Below, piece after piece: positions 36,428-46,417 of a stretch of 64,000 nt of DNA. The stretch comes from Acidobacteriota bacterium. GTDB taxonomy: Bacteria; Acidobacteriota; UBA6911; RPQK01; JAJDTT01. A program made the position numbers and the translations under genes. Location of the stretch: NCBI GenBank assembly GCA_965263035.1, contig OZ253580.1:1392196-1456195 (forward strand), in the 5' to 3' direction. Numbering within the stretch: position 1 is the first letter of the stretch; the number at the start of each line of letters is the position of its first letter. The notes under the pieces were generated by a model. That model was not told where the DNA came from. It worked only from the letters and a program-made list of their open reading frames with translations, and did not search any database.

Positions 36428-37354
36428 TCAACGCAACAGATAGGCCAAGGCCAGGCCGACCTGGGCCGTCAGCGTCAGGAGATACATCTGCCGCCAACTG
36501 GGGTGGTTCTCCCAGTCCATGCTCCCTTCCCATTCCTGCGAAGACCGGACCAGCAGGAGGATGATCCAACCGCCCCAACCGGCGAGAATCAGCCCCAGGC
36601 CCGCCAGCAGCGCCGGTTGTCCGGACAGCAGCCCGAAGACCGCGCCCGGGACGAGGGCCAGAAATGGCAGTACAAAGAAAGGCGCGATGATCCGGATCGA
36701 CCGGTGCACGCCATAGATAACGGGAAGCGTCCGGCAGCCGCCCCGGCGGTCCCCCTCCACGTCGGAGAAGTCCTTCGTGGTGACGGCCCCCAGGAAATAG
36801 ACTCCCAGGATCGCACCGAGCACCCAAGGCTCCGGCTGCAGCACATGCTTCACGGTGGACCAACCGGCCACCGGGAGCAGCGTTCCCCGGACGACGGCGA
36901 TGGTCAGGTTGGCCCAGATGCCTCGAGACTTGGTCCGGAATGGAGGCGCCGAGTAGAGACAGGTTCCCAGGGCGCCTCCGAGAACGACGAGAAAGCACTG
37001 GTAATTGATCCAGATGGCCAGCAGCAGGGCGACCACCAGGAAGACCAGACTGAGGCCCCAGGCTTCCGGCATGGAGATGCGGCCCGATGGCAGCATGCGG
37101 TGAGGCTTGTTGATACGATCGATCTCCAGGTCGCAGATCTGGTTGAGGCCGTTGGAAAAGGCGTTCAGCGCGGCCGCCAGAACGGCTCCGGCCAAGATCC
37201 GCAGAATGATCTCCTCACCCCCCGGGCTCCAGTCGGATACTCCCTTCGGATCCACCGAGAGCCCCATGAGTGCGCCGCAGACCATTCCCAGCGCCGGCAC
37301 CAGCAGGGTGAAGGGGCGAATGAACCGGAAGTAACGGACGATTGGTTCAGGCAT
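36428..37354 (-). CDS. UbiA-family membrane prenyltransferase.
   Basis: NQICDLEIDRINKPHRMLPSG matches the UbiA Asp-rich motif. Eight to nine TM helices. Confidence 0.8.
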   Translation of the reverse strand: MPEPIVRYFRFIRPFTLLVPALGMVCGALMGLSVDPKGVSDWSPGGEEIILRILAGAVLAAALNAFSNGLNQICDLEIDRINKPHRMLPSGRISMPEAWGLSLVFLVVALLLAIWINYQCFLVVLGGALGTCLYSAPPFRTKSRGIWANLTIAVVRGTLLPVAGWSTVKHVLQPEPWVLGAILGVYFLGAVTTKDFSDVEGDRRGGCRTLPVIYGVHRSIRIIAPFFVLPFLALVPGAVFGLLSGQPALLAGLGLILAGWGGWIILLLVRSSQEWEGSMDWENHPSWRQMYLLTLTAQVGLALAYLLR

Positions 37355-37447
37355 GACGCGGCGGGTGCTTTACCTCGAAGCCCGGAAGGCACGGGCAACC
37401 GGCAGCGATTCCGAGTCGTCGGGAATCCATCGGCGCCGATCCATTTC

Positions 37448-38779
37448 TCAAGGGGTCGCCGGGGAACGGAAAAGGAACCAGATTCCCCCGCTGGCGCAGG
37501 CTCCCGCCAACGTATTGTACAAGTTGAGCACCTGGTGCCGGCCCGGGCCGTCCCGCCCGTCGCCGGCCAGCCAAGACTCGACTCCATTCCCCGCAATGGC
37601 TCCGGCCGCCAACGCCGGCAGTGCCGACGCAGGAATCCAGCTCCACAGGACCGGAACCGACGAAACCGCCAGGGCCGCAACCGATCCGGCCAGCGTGCCC
37701 GCAAGTGAAACGGCGCCGGGAGTCCCCACCGGAACCGGCTTGAAGGTGCGGAGATCCCTGGGAGTCCGTCCCAACCACTGCCCGATCTCGGTGGCGACCG
37801 TGTCCAGGGTGGCGGCGGCCAGGGCGCCGGTGTAGGCCACTCGCGCCACCGTGCTGTCGGCCCAGAAAAACAGCAGCGCCAGGATGCCCGCGACCAGACC
37901 CTTGGACAGAACGTTGGCCACGCCTCTCCGTCCGAGATTCTCTTCCGCGACTCCCAGAGCCTCCTTCCGTCCCTTCCCCAACCAGGTGCTGAACCCGCCC
38001 AGGAAGAAAAAGAGGCAGAGGACGACATAGCCCGCGGGTCCCGCCGAGAGATAGACGCCGATCCCCAGGACCAGCCCGGCGGCGGCGCCGCGCCAGGAGA
38101 TCCAACCCACCATCAGACTGAGGCCGGCCAGGAGCAAGTTGATTCCAACCGCGTGGGACCAGGGCGCGGCCAGCTCGGGAATCAGGTCGGGCGCGCCCAG
38201 GAGCAGCGGGAAGATCCCGGCGCCGACCACCACGATGACCAGATTGTCGTCCACCAGGTTCGGCAACGACTCGGCCAAGGCGCAGACCAGGGAACCGAAA
38301 AGACAGAAGGCTGCCAGCGTGAGACTGGAAATTCCGTCCGATTGCGGCAGGTTCCAGACCAGGAGTGTCCAGGATCCCGCCGTCGCCGCCAGGAAGAAGC
38401 CAAGGGAGCCGCCCAGGCTCTTCTCCCGATTGTAGGGGAGTGGGACCCAGGGCCACCGCCGTCCCGCCAAGTTGGAAACCGAGTCTCCCACCGCCAGAAC
38501 GGCCCAGACGGCCGCCGCGACGTGAAGGCGCTCGCGAAACAGGAGAAGCAGCATCATGATTCCGAAGGCGTAGTAGAGCTTGCCGGCGGAGTATCCCGCC
38601 TCCCGTTCCGAACCCCGCGTCGTCACCCGGATCCAACGAGGGGAAATGAACGCGGCGTAGAAAAACGAAAAGAGGCTCAGGAGAAGGATCAGCCCGTAGT
38701 CCACGTAGGGAAGGAGAAAGGCGAAGGCCAGGGGCAGCACATGTTCCAGCTGCCTCAGGTCCTCTCTTCCGTCCTTCAT
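37448..38779 (-). CDS. Fusion membrane protein: CTP-transferase/phytol-kinase-like domain (dolichol kinase/VTE5/CdsA family) + DUF92 (TMEM19/VTE6-like) domain.
   Basis: N-half AVLAVGDSVSNLAGRRWPWVPLPYNREKSLGGSLGFF resembles the CTP_transf_1 catalytic loop. C-half NVLSKGLVAG...ATLDTVATEIGQ resembles DUF92 conserved blocks. The Met at 38777-38779 overlaps the TGA of the upstream SDR gene (ATGA). Confidence 0.65.
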   Translation of the reverse strand: MKDGREDLRQLEHVLPLAFAFLLPYVDYGLILLLSLFSFFYAAFISPRWIRVTTRGSEREAGYSAGKLYYAFGIMMLLLLFRERLHVAAAVWAVLAVGDSVSNLAGRRWPWVPLPYNREKSLGGSLGFFLAATAGSWTLLVWNLPQSDGISSLTLAAFCLFGSLVCALAESLPNLVDDNLVIVVVGAGIFPLLLGAPDLIPELAAPWSHAVGINLLLAGLSLMVGWISWRGAAAGLVLGIGVYLSAGPAGYVVLCLFFFLGGFSTWLGKGRKEALGVAEENLGRRGVANVLSKGLVAGILALLFFWADSTVARVAYTGALAAATLDTVATEIGQWLGRTPRDLRTFKPVPVGTPGAVSLAGTLAGSVAALAVSSVPVLWSWIPASALPALAAGAIAGNGVESWLAGDGRDGPGRHQVLNLYNTLAGACASGGIWFLFRSPATP

Positions 38780-39699
38780 GATCCCATCCAACGGTTCGTG
38801 CTGCTCAGGCCCTCCTCCAGGGAGCGGGCCGAGTAGCCCAGATGGGAGCGGGCCTTGCCCGAGGAAAACCGCCAGTTCTGGAGAAAGAACTCGGCCGTGG
38901 AGGGGACCAGCAACGGCGAGGTCCCCCGCAGTCGCGCGCTCCAGTCCTCCAACCGGGCGGCGGCGCGAAACAGCCCGTCCGGGAGACCCAGGGGAACGAT
39001 CGGCACGTCCGCAACCCTTCGGAAGGTCGCATACAGATCCCGGAGCGTCCGGTTTTCGCCTCCCAGGACGAAATCCTCTCCGGGGTCGGCATCCAGGCAT
39101 CGAACCAGAGCCTCGGCGACGTCGTCCACGTAGACGAAGTTCCAGCAGGGGGCCCCGCGGCCGGGCAGTGCCGCCACACGCAGCTTCTTCCACCGCCGAA
39201 GGAGACGCACCAGCAGGTTCCCCTCCGTCATCGGCCCGGGGCCGTACACGACGGTGGGAAAGACCGTGTTCATGGGAAGCCGTTCCTTCCACCGGCCGGC
39301 CAGTCGAAATGCCTCGAATTTGCTCTGGTCGTACCCGTGGAAGAATCGGGTCCTGTCGGGAATTCGTTCCTCGGTATGGATCCCGTCGCCGCTGGGGCCA
39401 AAGATGGTGAACGAGGAGACATGGACCATCCTGGCAACCCGGTGGCGCCGAGCCAGTTCCAGGACGTTCCTCAAACCGTCCACGTTGACCCGGAGGAAGG
39501 GGCCGGGCCGGGCCTGGACCAGGGCGGCCAGATGAAACACGGCCTCAGCGTCCCGGAAGCTGGGCTCCAAGGTCCGGATGCGGGTCACGTCCTGGCCCCG
39601 GGATCGCGAAGCCACGGTCACGTCGTGCCCTTGCTCCCTTAGCCTTCGCACCAGGACACTCCCCAGGAAGCCTGTCCCGCCCGTGACCAGGCACCTCAT
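38776..39699 (-). CDS. NAD-dependent epimerase/dehydratase-family SDR.
   Basis: N-terminal Rossmann motif VTGGTGFLGSVLVRRL. ~307 aa. Confidence 0.75.
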   Translation of the reverse strand: MRCLVTGGTGFLGSVLVRRLREQGHDVTVASRSRGQDVTRIRTLEPSFRDAEAVFHLAALVQARPGPFLRVNVDGLRNVLELARRHRVARMVHVSSFTIFGPSGDGIHTEERIPDRTRFFHGYDQSKFEAFRLAGRWKERLPMNTVFPTVVYGPGPMTEGNLLVRLLRRWKKLRVAALPGRGAPCWNFVYVDDVAEALVRCLDADPGEDFVLGGENRTLRDLYATFRRVADVPIVPLGLPDGLFRAAARLEDWSARLRGTSPLLVPSTAEFFLQNWRFSSGKARSHLGYSARSLEEGLSSTNRWMGS

Positions 39700-41678
39700 G
39701 GCGATTCGAATGACCAGGCGCGGCCGTCCAGGGGCTCAGGATCTTCGACCTGAAACAACCGGTACAGCGTCGGCGCCACGTCCATGATGTGAGGATTCTC
39801 CGTAACGATGGTGCGATTTGAGACCGCGAAACCCGCGGTGTCCGAAAAATCGGAAGCACAGTGGTCGCCGCTCCATTTCCTGAGGTTGGCGACGAGGACG
39901 TGCTCGGGCACCGCACCCAGGGCCGTCTGCCACGAAGTCCGGTAACCGGAGCGGAAGCTGAGCTGGATGTCTCCGGCATGCTCGATCTCTTCACCGGTGT
40001 AGATCTCGTCCCTGAAATAAGCGTTCTGCAGCACCGGTTCTCCGGTTTCCGGGTCCCGATACTCGAGAATATCGCGAGAGATTTCCCGGACCAGATCCAT
40101 ATAGCCGCGGCCGGGTTCGACGATTCCCTGACCCTCCCGCCCCTTCAGGTTCACGTAGATATGGCCCAGGCCCAGGGCGTAGGCTCGAGTCCGGCTCCAG
40201 TCCACGTTGGGGAAGAAGCTTCCGCCGCGATAGACCTGCTCCATCCGCTTCAGATCAGTGTCGGCCCGCACGCCTTTGAGAACCACGAAACCATTCTCCA
40301 GGAGCCAGGTGTTGGTGTTGAATTCCTTGCGCCAGGAGTGAAACCCATGATCGGAAACGACCAGCAGCAGGTCCTGGGGATCCAGGTGCTCCAGGACTCG
40401 GGAAAGGATGGAGTCCATTTTCCGGTAGACGTTCAACAGGAATCTGCCGTAGGCCTGTGCGGCCTCCGGGTCGTAACGGGGATGATGGGGGTCGATGAAG
40501 CGGTAGAACATGTGGGCGGCGCTGTCGGTGGCCGTGAAAACGGCCGTGTACAGGGACGCCTTACCTCGTTCCAGCTCGTGCATCAGGAGCCGCTCCAGAT
40601 GGTTCATGTTGCGGAAGAGGTCCTCCAGAAAGACCTGCTCGTCGATCTGCTCCTCGTTCAGGCCCCAGGTCTCGTGGACCCAGCCGAGAGTCTTGAACGG
40701 GAAGAGTTGGGCGGCCAGGTCTTCCGAGTAACCGGCCGGACTCGATAGAGGCAGGATGGGATCGGCCGGATCGAGGCTGATGGGCATCAGGTAGAGCCTC
40801 ACTTCGGGAAATGTCTCCAGTACGTAGAAGCGGCTGATTCCGCGGATCTTGACCAGGGGCCCCGCGGAGAAGGCGAAGCGGAACCAGTCGCTCCACTGTC
40901 CCTCGTCGACCTCCTCTTCCTGATCCTGGAGCCTCAGCGTCAGGGAGGTCGACTGCGGGTCCAACTCCACCGACAGCGGGATCGTCAGCCGGACCAGGTC
41001 CTCTTCTCTGGGGTCGGCGGGTCCGTCGATCTGCGCTTGAAAACGGCCGTCCTGCTCTTCCAGGCGGATCACCCGGCCGCCGAACTCCGTATCCTGCAGG
41101 TCCCAGCGGCTCACGTCGGTGGAGAGGTAGAAGTAGGTCCCCCAGGTCCCCCGGACGTCGGGCACGCCCAGCCCCGACAGCGTGGTCCCATGGTCCAGGG
41201 ACCGGGCCGGGAACTCCAGGGGAAGCCGCAGATTGGCGGTGACGATGCCGGATCGATCCAGTTGCTCCCAAAAGGGGACGCCCTTGCGGTTGTTGGTCAA
41301 TCGGGCTCCGCGGATGGGGATGGTCTTGAACAGGAAGCGAGGCTTTTCCACCGTCACCAGCCCGATGTCGGGCATGTAGGTGACCGGGTCCCGCCGGAGA
41401 AAGTCGAAGATTCCGTGCCGGCCTGGATTGAGTCCGGTGGCGAAACTGGCCCAGGCCACGGGGGACGCGGGAGGGTTGGTGGTTCCCAGGGTCGACAGGG
41501 TCCCCTGCTCCCCCAGGCGGCGGATAGTGGGAAGCTCTTCGATCCATCGATCCACCAGGTCGGGATCCACACCGTCGAAGCCCAGGACCACGACCTTGAA
41601 CCCTGTACGCCTGGGGTCAGGCGTACAGAAGGATCCCAGAAGGACGATCAGAATGAGTCCCAGCCGACTCCAGGTCAT
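39696..41678 (-). CDS. Secreted alkaline-phosphatase-superfamily protein (type I phosphodiesterase/nucleotide pyrophosphatase-like).
   Basis: Signal peptide. VVVLGFDGVDPDLVD ... NPPASPVAWASFATGLNPGRHGIFDF is a typical metal-site N-terminal block of AlkP-core/NPP enzymes. It overlaps the SDR gene by 4 bp. Confidence 0.65.
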   Translation of the reverse strand: MTWSRLGLILIVLLGSFCTPDPRRTGFKVVVLGFDGVDPDLVDRWIEELPTIRRLGEQGTLSTLGTTNPPASPVAWASFATGLNPGRHGIFDFLRRDPVTYMPDIGLVTVEKPRFLFKTIPIRGARLTNNRKGVPFWEQLDRSGIVTANLRLPLEFPARSLDHGTTLSGLGVPDVRGTWGTYFYLSTDVSRWDLQDTEFGGRVIRLEEQDGRFQAQIDGPADPREEDLVRLTIPLSVELDPQSTSLTLRLQDQEEEVDEGQWSDWFRFAFSAGPLVKIRGISRFYVLETFPEVRLYLMPISLDPADPILPLSSPAGYSEDLAAQLFPFKTLGWVHETWGLNEEQIDEQVFLEDLFRNMNHLERLLMHELERGKASLYTAVFTATDSAAHMFYRFIDPHHPRYDPEAAQAYGRFLLNVYRKMDSILSRVLEHLDPQDLLLVVSDHGFHSWRKEFNTNTWLLENGFVVLKGVRADTDLKRMEQVYRGGSFFPNVDWSRTRAYALGLGHIYVNLKGREGQGIVEPGRGYMDLVREISRDILEYRDPETGEPVLQNAYFRDEIYTGEEIEHAGDIQLSFRSGYRTSWQTALGAVPEHVLVANLRKWSGDHCASDFSDTAGFAVSNRTIVTENPHIMDVAPTLYRLFQVEDPEPLDGRAWSFESP

Positions 41679-42109
41679 GATCCCTCCCGCGTCCGTTCTT
41701 TGGGCGGAGTGGTCCCGGCTTGCATATCCGCCGTCCAGTCTACTACGACCCCGCGAATCTCAGACACAGGGAACGAACCACCGGCGCAGGGACCACGGCA
41801 GGTTCACGACTTCGCCTTTCGTCCCCAGAATGGGTCCTCGGTTAACAGCCCGTGGCAAAAGTCGTCACGGCATTCGACCGTCCCTGCATCGTGCGCGGAC
41901 TGCGTTGCGAACTCGGTCACATACTCCCGGTAGGCTCCCTCATTGCGCCTTGTCCGGCGGCGGGCGCAGGAATGGTCTCGGTGCTCGCGGGACTTTCACC
42001 ACGGACTGTTAAACGCCCATGTGGACGAGTGTCGAGACAGCATATTCCAAGACTCGCCGCGGCCCGATATCGGGTCCGTTCGTTGACACCATCCGGGCCC
42101 TTCACTAAG

Positions 42110-42637
42110 ATGCATTCTCCGCAAGCGGGGGAGCCAAGTGTGGAGCAAATCGTCTTTTACGTGTTTGCAGCCGTAGCCGTCGGCTCCGCTCTCATGGTGA
42201 TCCTCCAGCAGCGCGCCGTCTACAGCGCATTCTCCCTGATCGTCTGCTTCGGCGCTTTGGCCGTCCTCTACTTTCAGTTGGGAGCCGCCCTCGTCGCCGC
42301 TCTGCAGGTCATCGTTTACGCCGGGGCCATCATGGTCCTGTTCCTGTTCGTGATCATGCTTCTGGATCCGAAGTCGGAGATTTTCGGTCCCGACCGGTTC
42401 AAGAAGACGGCCTTGGCCGCATTGCCCGCGGCCGCCTTTCTGGCGTTTGTCCTGCTTCGCGTCTTCCCGGCGTGGAGTCCCCGCGGATCAGGCGACCCCC
42501 TCGGATCAGGCGAAGGTCCGAAGCGGATCGCCCAGCTTCTCTTCCGGGACTATCTGCTGCCCTTCGAGGTCACCTCCATCCTGATTCTGGTGGCCATTCT
42601 GGGCGCCGTCGTCCTGGTCAAGCATAGTCCCGATTGA
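42110..42637 (+). CDS. nuoJ: NADH-quinone oxidoreductase subunit J.
   Basis: VYAGAIMVLFLFVIMLL motif. The start is uncertain; a GTG at 42140 is an alternative. Confidence 0.8.
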   Translation: MHSPQAGEPSVEQIVFYVFAAVAVGSALMVILQQRAVYSAFSLIVCFGALAVLYFQLGAALVAALQVIVYAGAIMVLFLFVIMLLDPKSEIFGPDRFKKTALAALPAAAFLAFVLLRVFPAWSPRGSGDPLGSGEGPKRIAQLLFRDYLLPFEVTSILILVAILGAVVLVKHSPD

Positions 42638-42945
42638 TGGGTATGGTCCCTGCCACTCATTACCTGGCGCTGGGCGCGGTTCTCTTCGTCATCGGCGTCG
42701 CCGGCTTCATCGTCAGACGCAACGTCATAACCATGTTCATGTCGGTGGAATTGATGCTCAACGCCGTCAACCTCACGTTTCTGGCCTACGCGCGGACGTG
42801 GAGCCAGGTGGACGCCCACATCTTCGTCTTCTTCGTCATGACCGTGGCCGCGGCGGAGGCGGCGGTGGGTCTGGCGCTGATCCTGGGTCTCGACCGGCAC
42901 TCCCAGACCCTGGACATCGACTCCGCCAACAAGCTTCAGGGCTGA
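42634..42945 (+). CDS. nuoK: NADH-quinone oxidoreductase subunit K.
   Basis: ~100-aa three-TM protein with FMSVELMLNAVNLTF. Confidence 0.85.
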   Translation: MMGMVPATHYLALGAVLFVIGVAGFIVRRNVITMFMSVELMLNAVNLTFLAYARTWSQVDAHIFVFFVMTVAAAEAAVGLALILGLDRHSQTLDIDSANKLQG

Positions 42946-42947
42946 CC

Positions 42948-44885
42948 ATGACCGAGTACTTCTGGCTGGCCCTGGTCCCACCCCTCGCCGGCTTCCTGTT
43001 CAACGGCCTGGTGGGAAAGCGGCTGCCGGCTCGCATCGTCTCCGGCGTCGGCTGCGCGGCCACCGGAGCCAGCTTCCTGTTTCTGCTGTCCGTCTTCGCC
43101 GAGTTCATCCGGCTGCCGGCACCGGAGCAGCAGATCGTCCACCGCCTCTTCACCTGGATTCAGGCGGGGACCTTCACCGCCGAGTGCAGCTTCCTGCTGG
43201 ACCCTCTGTCCATGATCATGCTCCTGGTCATCACGGGAGTCGGATTCCTGATTCACGTCTACTCCACGGCCTACATGAAGGGTGAGACGGGTCTGTACCG
43301 CTATTTTTCCTACCTCAACCTCTTCGTGTTCATGATGTCCCTGCTGGTGATGGCGGGAAACTACCTGTTGCTGTTCGTGGGGTGGGAAGGGGTGGGCCTC
43401 TGCTCCTATCTCCTGATCGGCTACTACATTGAACGGAAGAACGCCGGCGATGCGGCCAAGAAGGCCTTCGTCGTCAATCGGGTGGGGGACGCCTGTTTTC
43501 TGCTGGGCGTCTTTCTCATCTTCAAGACCTTCGGGACTCTGGAGTTCGGATCCCTCTTCGAAACCGTGAGCCGGACCCATCCCCAACCCGAGAGCGGGTT
43601 CACCGTGCTGGCGGCAATCACTCTGCTCCTGTTTCTGGGGGCGACGGGCAAGAGCGCCCAGATCCCGCTTCAGGTCTGGCTGCCGGACGCCATGGAGGGA
43701 CCCACTCCGGTGAGCGCCCTGATCCACGCCGCCACCATGGTGACCGCCGGCGTCTACCTGGTGGTGCGCTCGGCCGCGCTCTACAGCCGGGCGCCCGACG
43801 TGCTCCTCCTGGTGGCCATCGTCGGAGTCCTGACGGCGCTCCTGGCGGCCCTCACGGCGTTGGTCCAGCGGGACATCAAGAAGGTCCTGGCGTACTCCAC
43901 CATCAGCCAACTGGGCTACATGTTCATGGCGCTGGGGGTGGGCGCCTTCAGCACCGGGATCTTTCATCTGTTCACCCACGCCTTCTTCAAGGCCCTGCTC
44001 TTCCTGGGGGCGGGCAGCGTCCTGCTGCGGCTTCATCACGAGTTGGACCTGTTCCGCATGGGGGGGCTGAAGAACTCCCTGAAAGTGACCTGTTGGACCA
44101 TGTGGGTGGGGACCGCGGCCCTGGCCGGAATTTTCCCCCTGTCCGGGTTCTTCTCCAAAGACGAGATTCTGTGGAGAGCGCTCGACAGTCCCCTGGGGCA
44201 TCCGGTCTTCTGGGTAGCGGGCCTGGTGGTGGCCGGGCTCACCGCCTTCTACATGTGCCGGCTCATGTTCCTGGCCTTCTACGGCAAGGCCGCCCACGGC
44301 CACGAGGAATCCGGCTCGGAAGCGGGAACCGCCGTCACCGCGCCCCTGGCCATCCTGGCCGGAGCGGCGGCGGTCGCCGGAGTCGCCGGTCTGCCGGCCT
44401 ACCTGGGCGACCACCGTTTGGACGACTTTCTGGCTCCCGTGTTCCGGTTCACCTACGACCATGGCGTCTCGGCGGGTCACGGAGCCTCCCACAGCCTGGA
44501 ATTGCTGGCGGGTGGCGCCGCCCTGGCCGTCAGTCTGTTGGGCGCCGCCCTGGCCTACCGTCTCTACGCCGGAGACCGGTCTCTCCCCCGGCGGCTGGCC
44601 GACCGGTTGCCGGGACTCCACGGCACGCTCCTGCAGCAGTTCCGGATCGATCAGGCCTATTCCCTGTTCGTGGTCGGCGGTCTCAAAGCGCTGTCCAGGC
44701 GGGTGTTGTGGAGAGTCGTCGACGTGGGCATCGTGGACGGAGCGGTCAACGGCACCGCCTCCCTGTTTCGGCGATGGAGCGGCGTGGCGAGCCGGATGCA
44801 GAGCGGGAACACCCGCACCTACGCGGCCTGGATCGTGACCGGCGCCGCCCTCGTTTTCCTGTATCTCTATAGTGTGATCGGTTGA
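42948..44885 (+). CDS. nuoL: NADH-quinone oxidoreductase subunit L.
   Basis: Antiporter-like subunit with WLPDAMEGPTPVSALIHAATMVTAGVYL. The ATG at 42948 lies within the longer track ORF. Confidence 0.85.
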   Translation: MTEYFWLALVPPLAGFLFNGLVGKRLPARIVSGVGCAATGASFLFLLSVFAEFIRLPAPEQQIVHRLFTWIQAGTFTAECSFLLDPLSMIMLLVITGVGFLIHVYSTAYMKGETGLYRYFSYLNLFVFMMSLLVMAGNYLLLFVGWEGVGLCSYLLIGYYIERKNAGDAAKKAFVVNRVGDACFLLGVFLIFKTFGTLEFGSLFETVSRTHPQPESGFTVLAAITLLLFLGATGKSAQIPLQVWLPDAMEGPTPVSALIHAATMVTAGVYLVVRSAALYSRAPDVLLLVAIVGVLTALLAALTALVQRDIKKVLAYSTISQLGYMFMALGVGAFSTGIFHLFTHAFFKALLFLGAGSVLLRLHHELDLFRMGGLKNSLKVTCWTMWVGTAALAGIFPLSGFFSKDEILWRALDSPLGHPVFWVAGLVVAGLTAFYMCRLMFLAFYGKAAHGHEESGSEAGTAVTAPLAILAGAAAVAGVAGLPAYLGDHRLDDFLAPVFRFTYDHGVSAGHGASHSLELLAGGAALAVSLLGAALAYRLYAGDRSLPRRLADRLPGLHGTLLQQFRIDQAYSLFVVGGLKALSRRVLWRVVDVGIVDGAVNGTASLFRRWSGVASRMQSGNTRTYAAWIVTGAALVFLYLYSVIG

Positions 44886-46417
44886 TGCCCTTGGCTGCGT
44901 ATCCGCTGAGTCTGTTGCTGTTGATTCCGCTGACCGGTGCGGCCGTGGTCTGCCTGCTCCCGTCCGGTCGAGAACGACTCCTGAAATGGGCCGCGCTGAT
45001 CGCATCCCTGGCGGCGTTTCTCTGGTCGGTCGTTCTCTTCAGGGATTTCGACAACCAGACCGGATCCTTCCAGATGGTGGAGCAGGCCGACTGGTTCCAG
45101 ACGGTCGGTTTTCGAGTCCAATACTACCTGGGCCTGGACGGGATCAGCCTGCTCCTGGTGCTCCTGACCACGGTCCTGATCCCCTTGGCGCTGTTGTCCA
45201 GCTGGAACCTGAAGGACAAGCTCAAGCTCTACCTGGCCTCCATCCTGCTACTGGAGGTGGGGATCCTGGGCGTTTTCCTGGCTCTGGACCTGATCCTCTT
45301 CTACGTCTTCTGGGAGGTCTCCCTGATTCCCATGTACTTCCTGATCGGGATCTGGGGGTCGAGCCGGCGGATCTACGCCGCGGTGAAGTTCTTCATCTTC
45401 ACCATGGCCGGTTCGCTGCTGATGTTGGCGGGGATCGTCCTCCTCTATTCCCTGCTGGGAACCGGCAACTTCGATCTGGTGGAGATGATCGCAATCTTGA
45501 ATCGGGGCGAGACGATTCTCTCCCCGGGAATGGAATACGCCCTCTTCGGCCTGTTCTTCGTCGCGTTCGCCGTCAAGGTGCCCGTCTTTCCCCTGCACAC
45601 CTGGCTGCCGGACGCCCACACCGAAGCCCCCACGGCGGCTTCGGTGATCCTGGCCGGAGTCCTCCTCAAGATGGGGGCCTACGGGCTCCTGCGCTTCTGC
45701 CTGCCCCTCTTCCCCTGGGCGTCGGCTCAACTGGCGCCGGCGATCTGCATCCTGGCGTTGATCGGAATCATCTACGGCGCGCTGGTGGCCATGGTGCAAC
45801 CCGACCTGAAGCGGCTCGTGGCCTACTCTTCCGTCAGCCACCTGGGCTTCGTGGTGCTGGGAATCTTCTCCTTCAGCTTTCAGTCCATGGAGGGAGCGGC
45901 CTACCAGATGCTCAACCACGGAGTCTCCACCGGAGCCCTGTTCCTCCTGGTGGGCATCCTCTACGATCGCCGCCACACCCGCCGGATCGACGAGTTCGGA
46001 GGGCTGGCTCATTCCATGCCGCGCTACTCGGCCTGCTTCTTCATTGTCCTGCTGGGAAGCATCGGGCTGCCCGGCCTCGGCGGGTTCGTAGGCGAGTTTC
46101 TCATTCTCCAGGGGACCTTTCTCACCAGTGTCCCGTCCGCCGCCGTTGCGGTCTGCGGAGTGGTCCTTTCGGCGGCCTACATGCTCTGGATGTACCAGCG
46201 GGTCTTTCTGGGACGGGTGGAGAAGGAGGAGAACCGCCGGCTCCCGGACCTGAGCCTCCGGGAGGGAGCGATGCTGATTCCGGCCATCGCCCTTTCGCTC
46301 TGGATGGGGATCGGCTCCGGCACCTTTCTGAGAACCATGGACGGCAGCATTCAACTGCTGGTGGACCGGTTGGACCAGGTACAGCACGCACAGGTAGTCC
46401 GAAGCGATGTCCCTTAA
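44882..46417 (+). CDS. nuoM: NADH-quinone oxidoreductase subunit M.
   Basis: TWLPDAHTEAPTAASVILAGVLLKMG antiporter-like motif. Confidence 0.85.
   Translation: MMPLAAYPLSLLLLIPLTGAAVVCLLPSGRERLLKWAALIASLAAFLWSVVLFRDFDNQTGSFQMVEQADWFQTVGFRVQYYLGLDGISLLLVLLTTVLIPLALLSSWNLKDKLKLYLASILLLEVGILGVFLALDLILFYVFWEVSLIPMYFLIGIWGSSRRIYAAVKFFIFTMAGSLLMLAGIVLLYSLLGTGNFDLVEMIAILNRGETILSPGMEYALFGLFFVAFAVKVPVFPLHTWLPDAHTEAPTAASVILAGVLLKMGAYGLLRFCLPLFPWASAQLAPAICILALIGIIYGALVAMVQPDLKRLVAYSSVSHLGFVVLGIFSFSFQSMEGAAYQMLNHGVSTGALFLLVGILYDRRHTRRIDEFGGLAHSMPRYSACFFIVLLGSIGLPGLGGFVGEFLILQGTFLTSVPSAAVAVCGVVLSAAYMLWMYQRVFLGRVEKEENRRLPDLSLREGAMLIPAIALSLWMGIGSGTFLRTMDGSIQLLVDRLDQVQHAQVVRSDVP

Noticed and set aside
36335-37708. 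457-aa plus-strand Arg-rich ORF.
   Set aside because: It is antisense to the UbiA and kinase-fusion genes. Its composition is extreme Arg/Gln/Pro.
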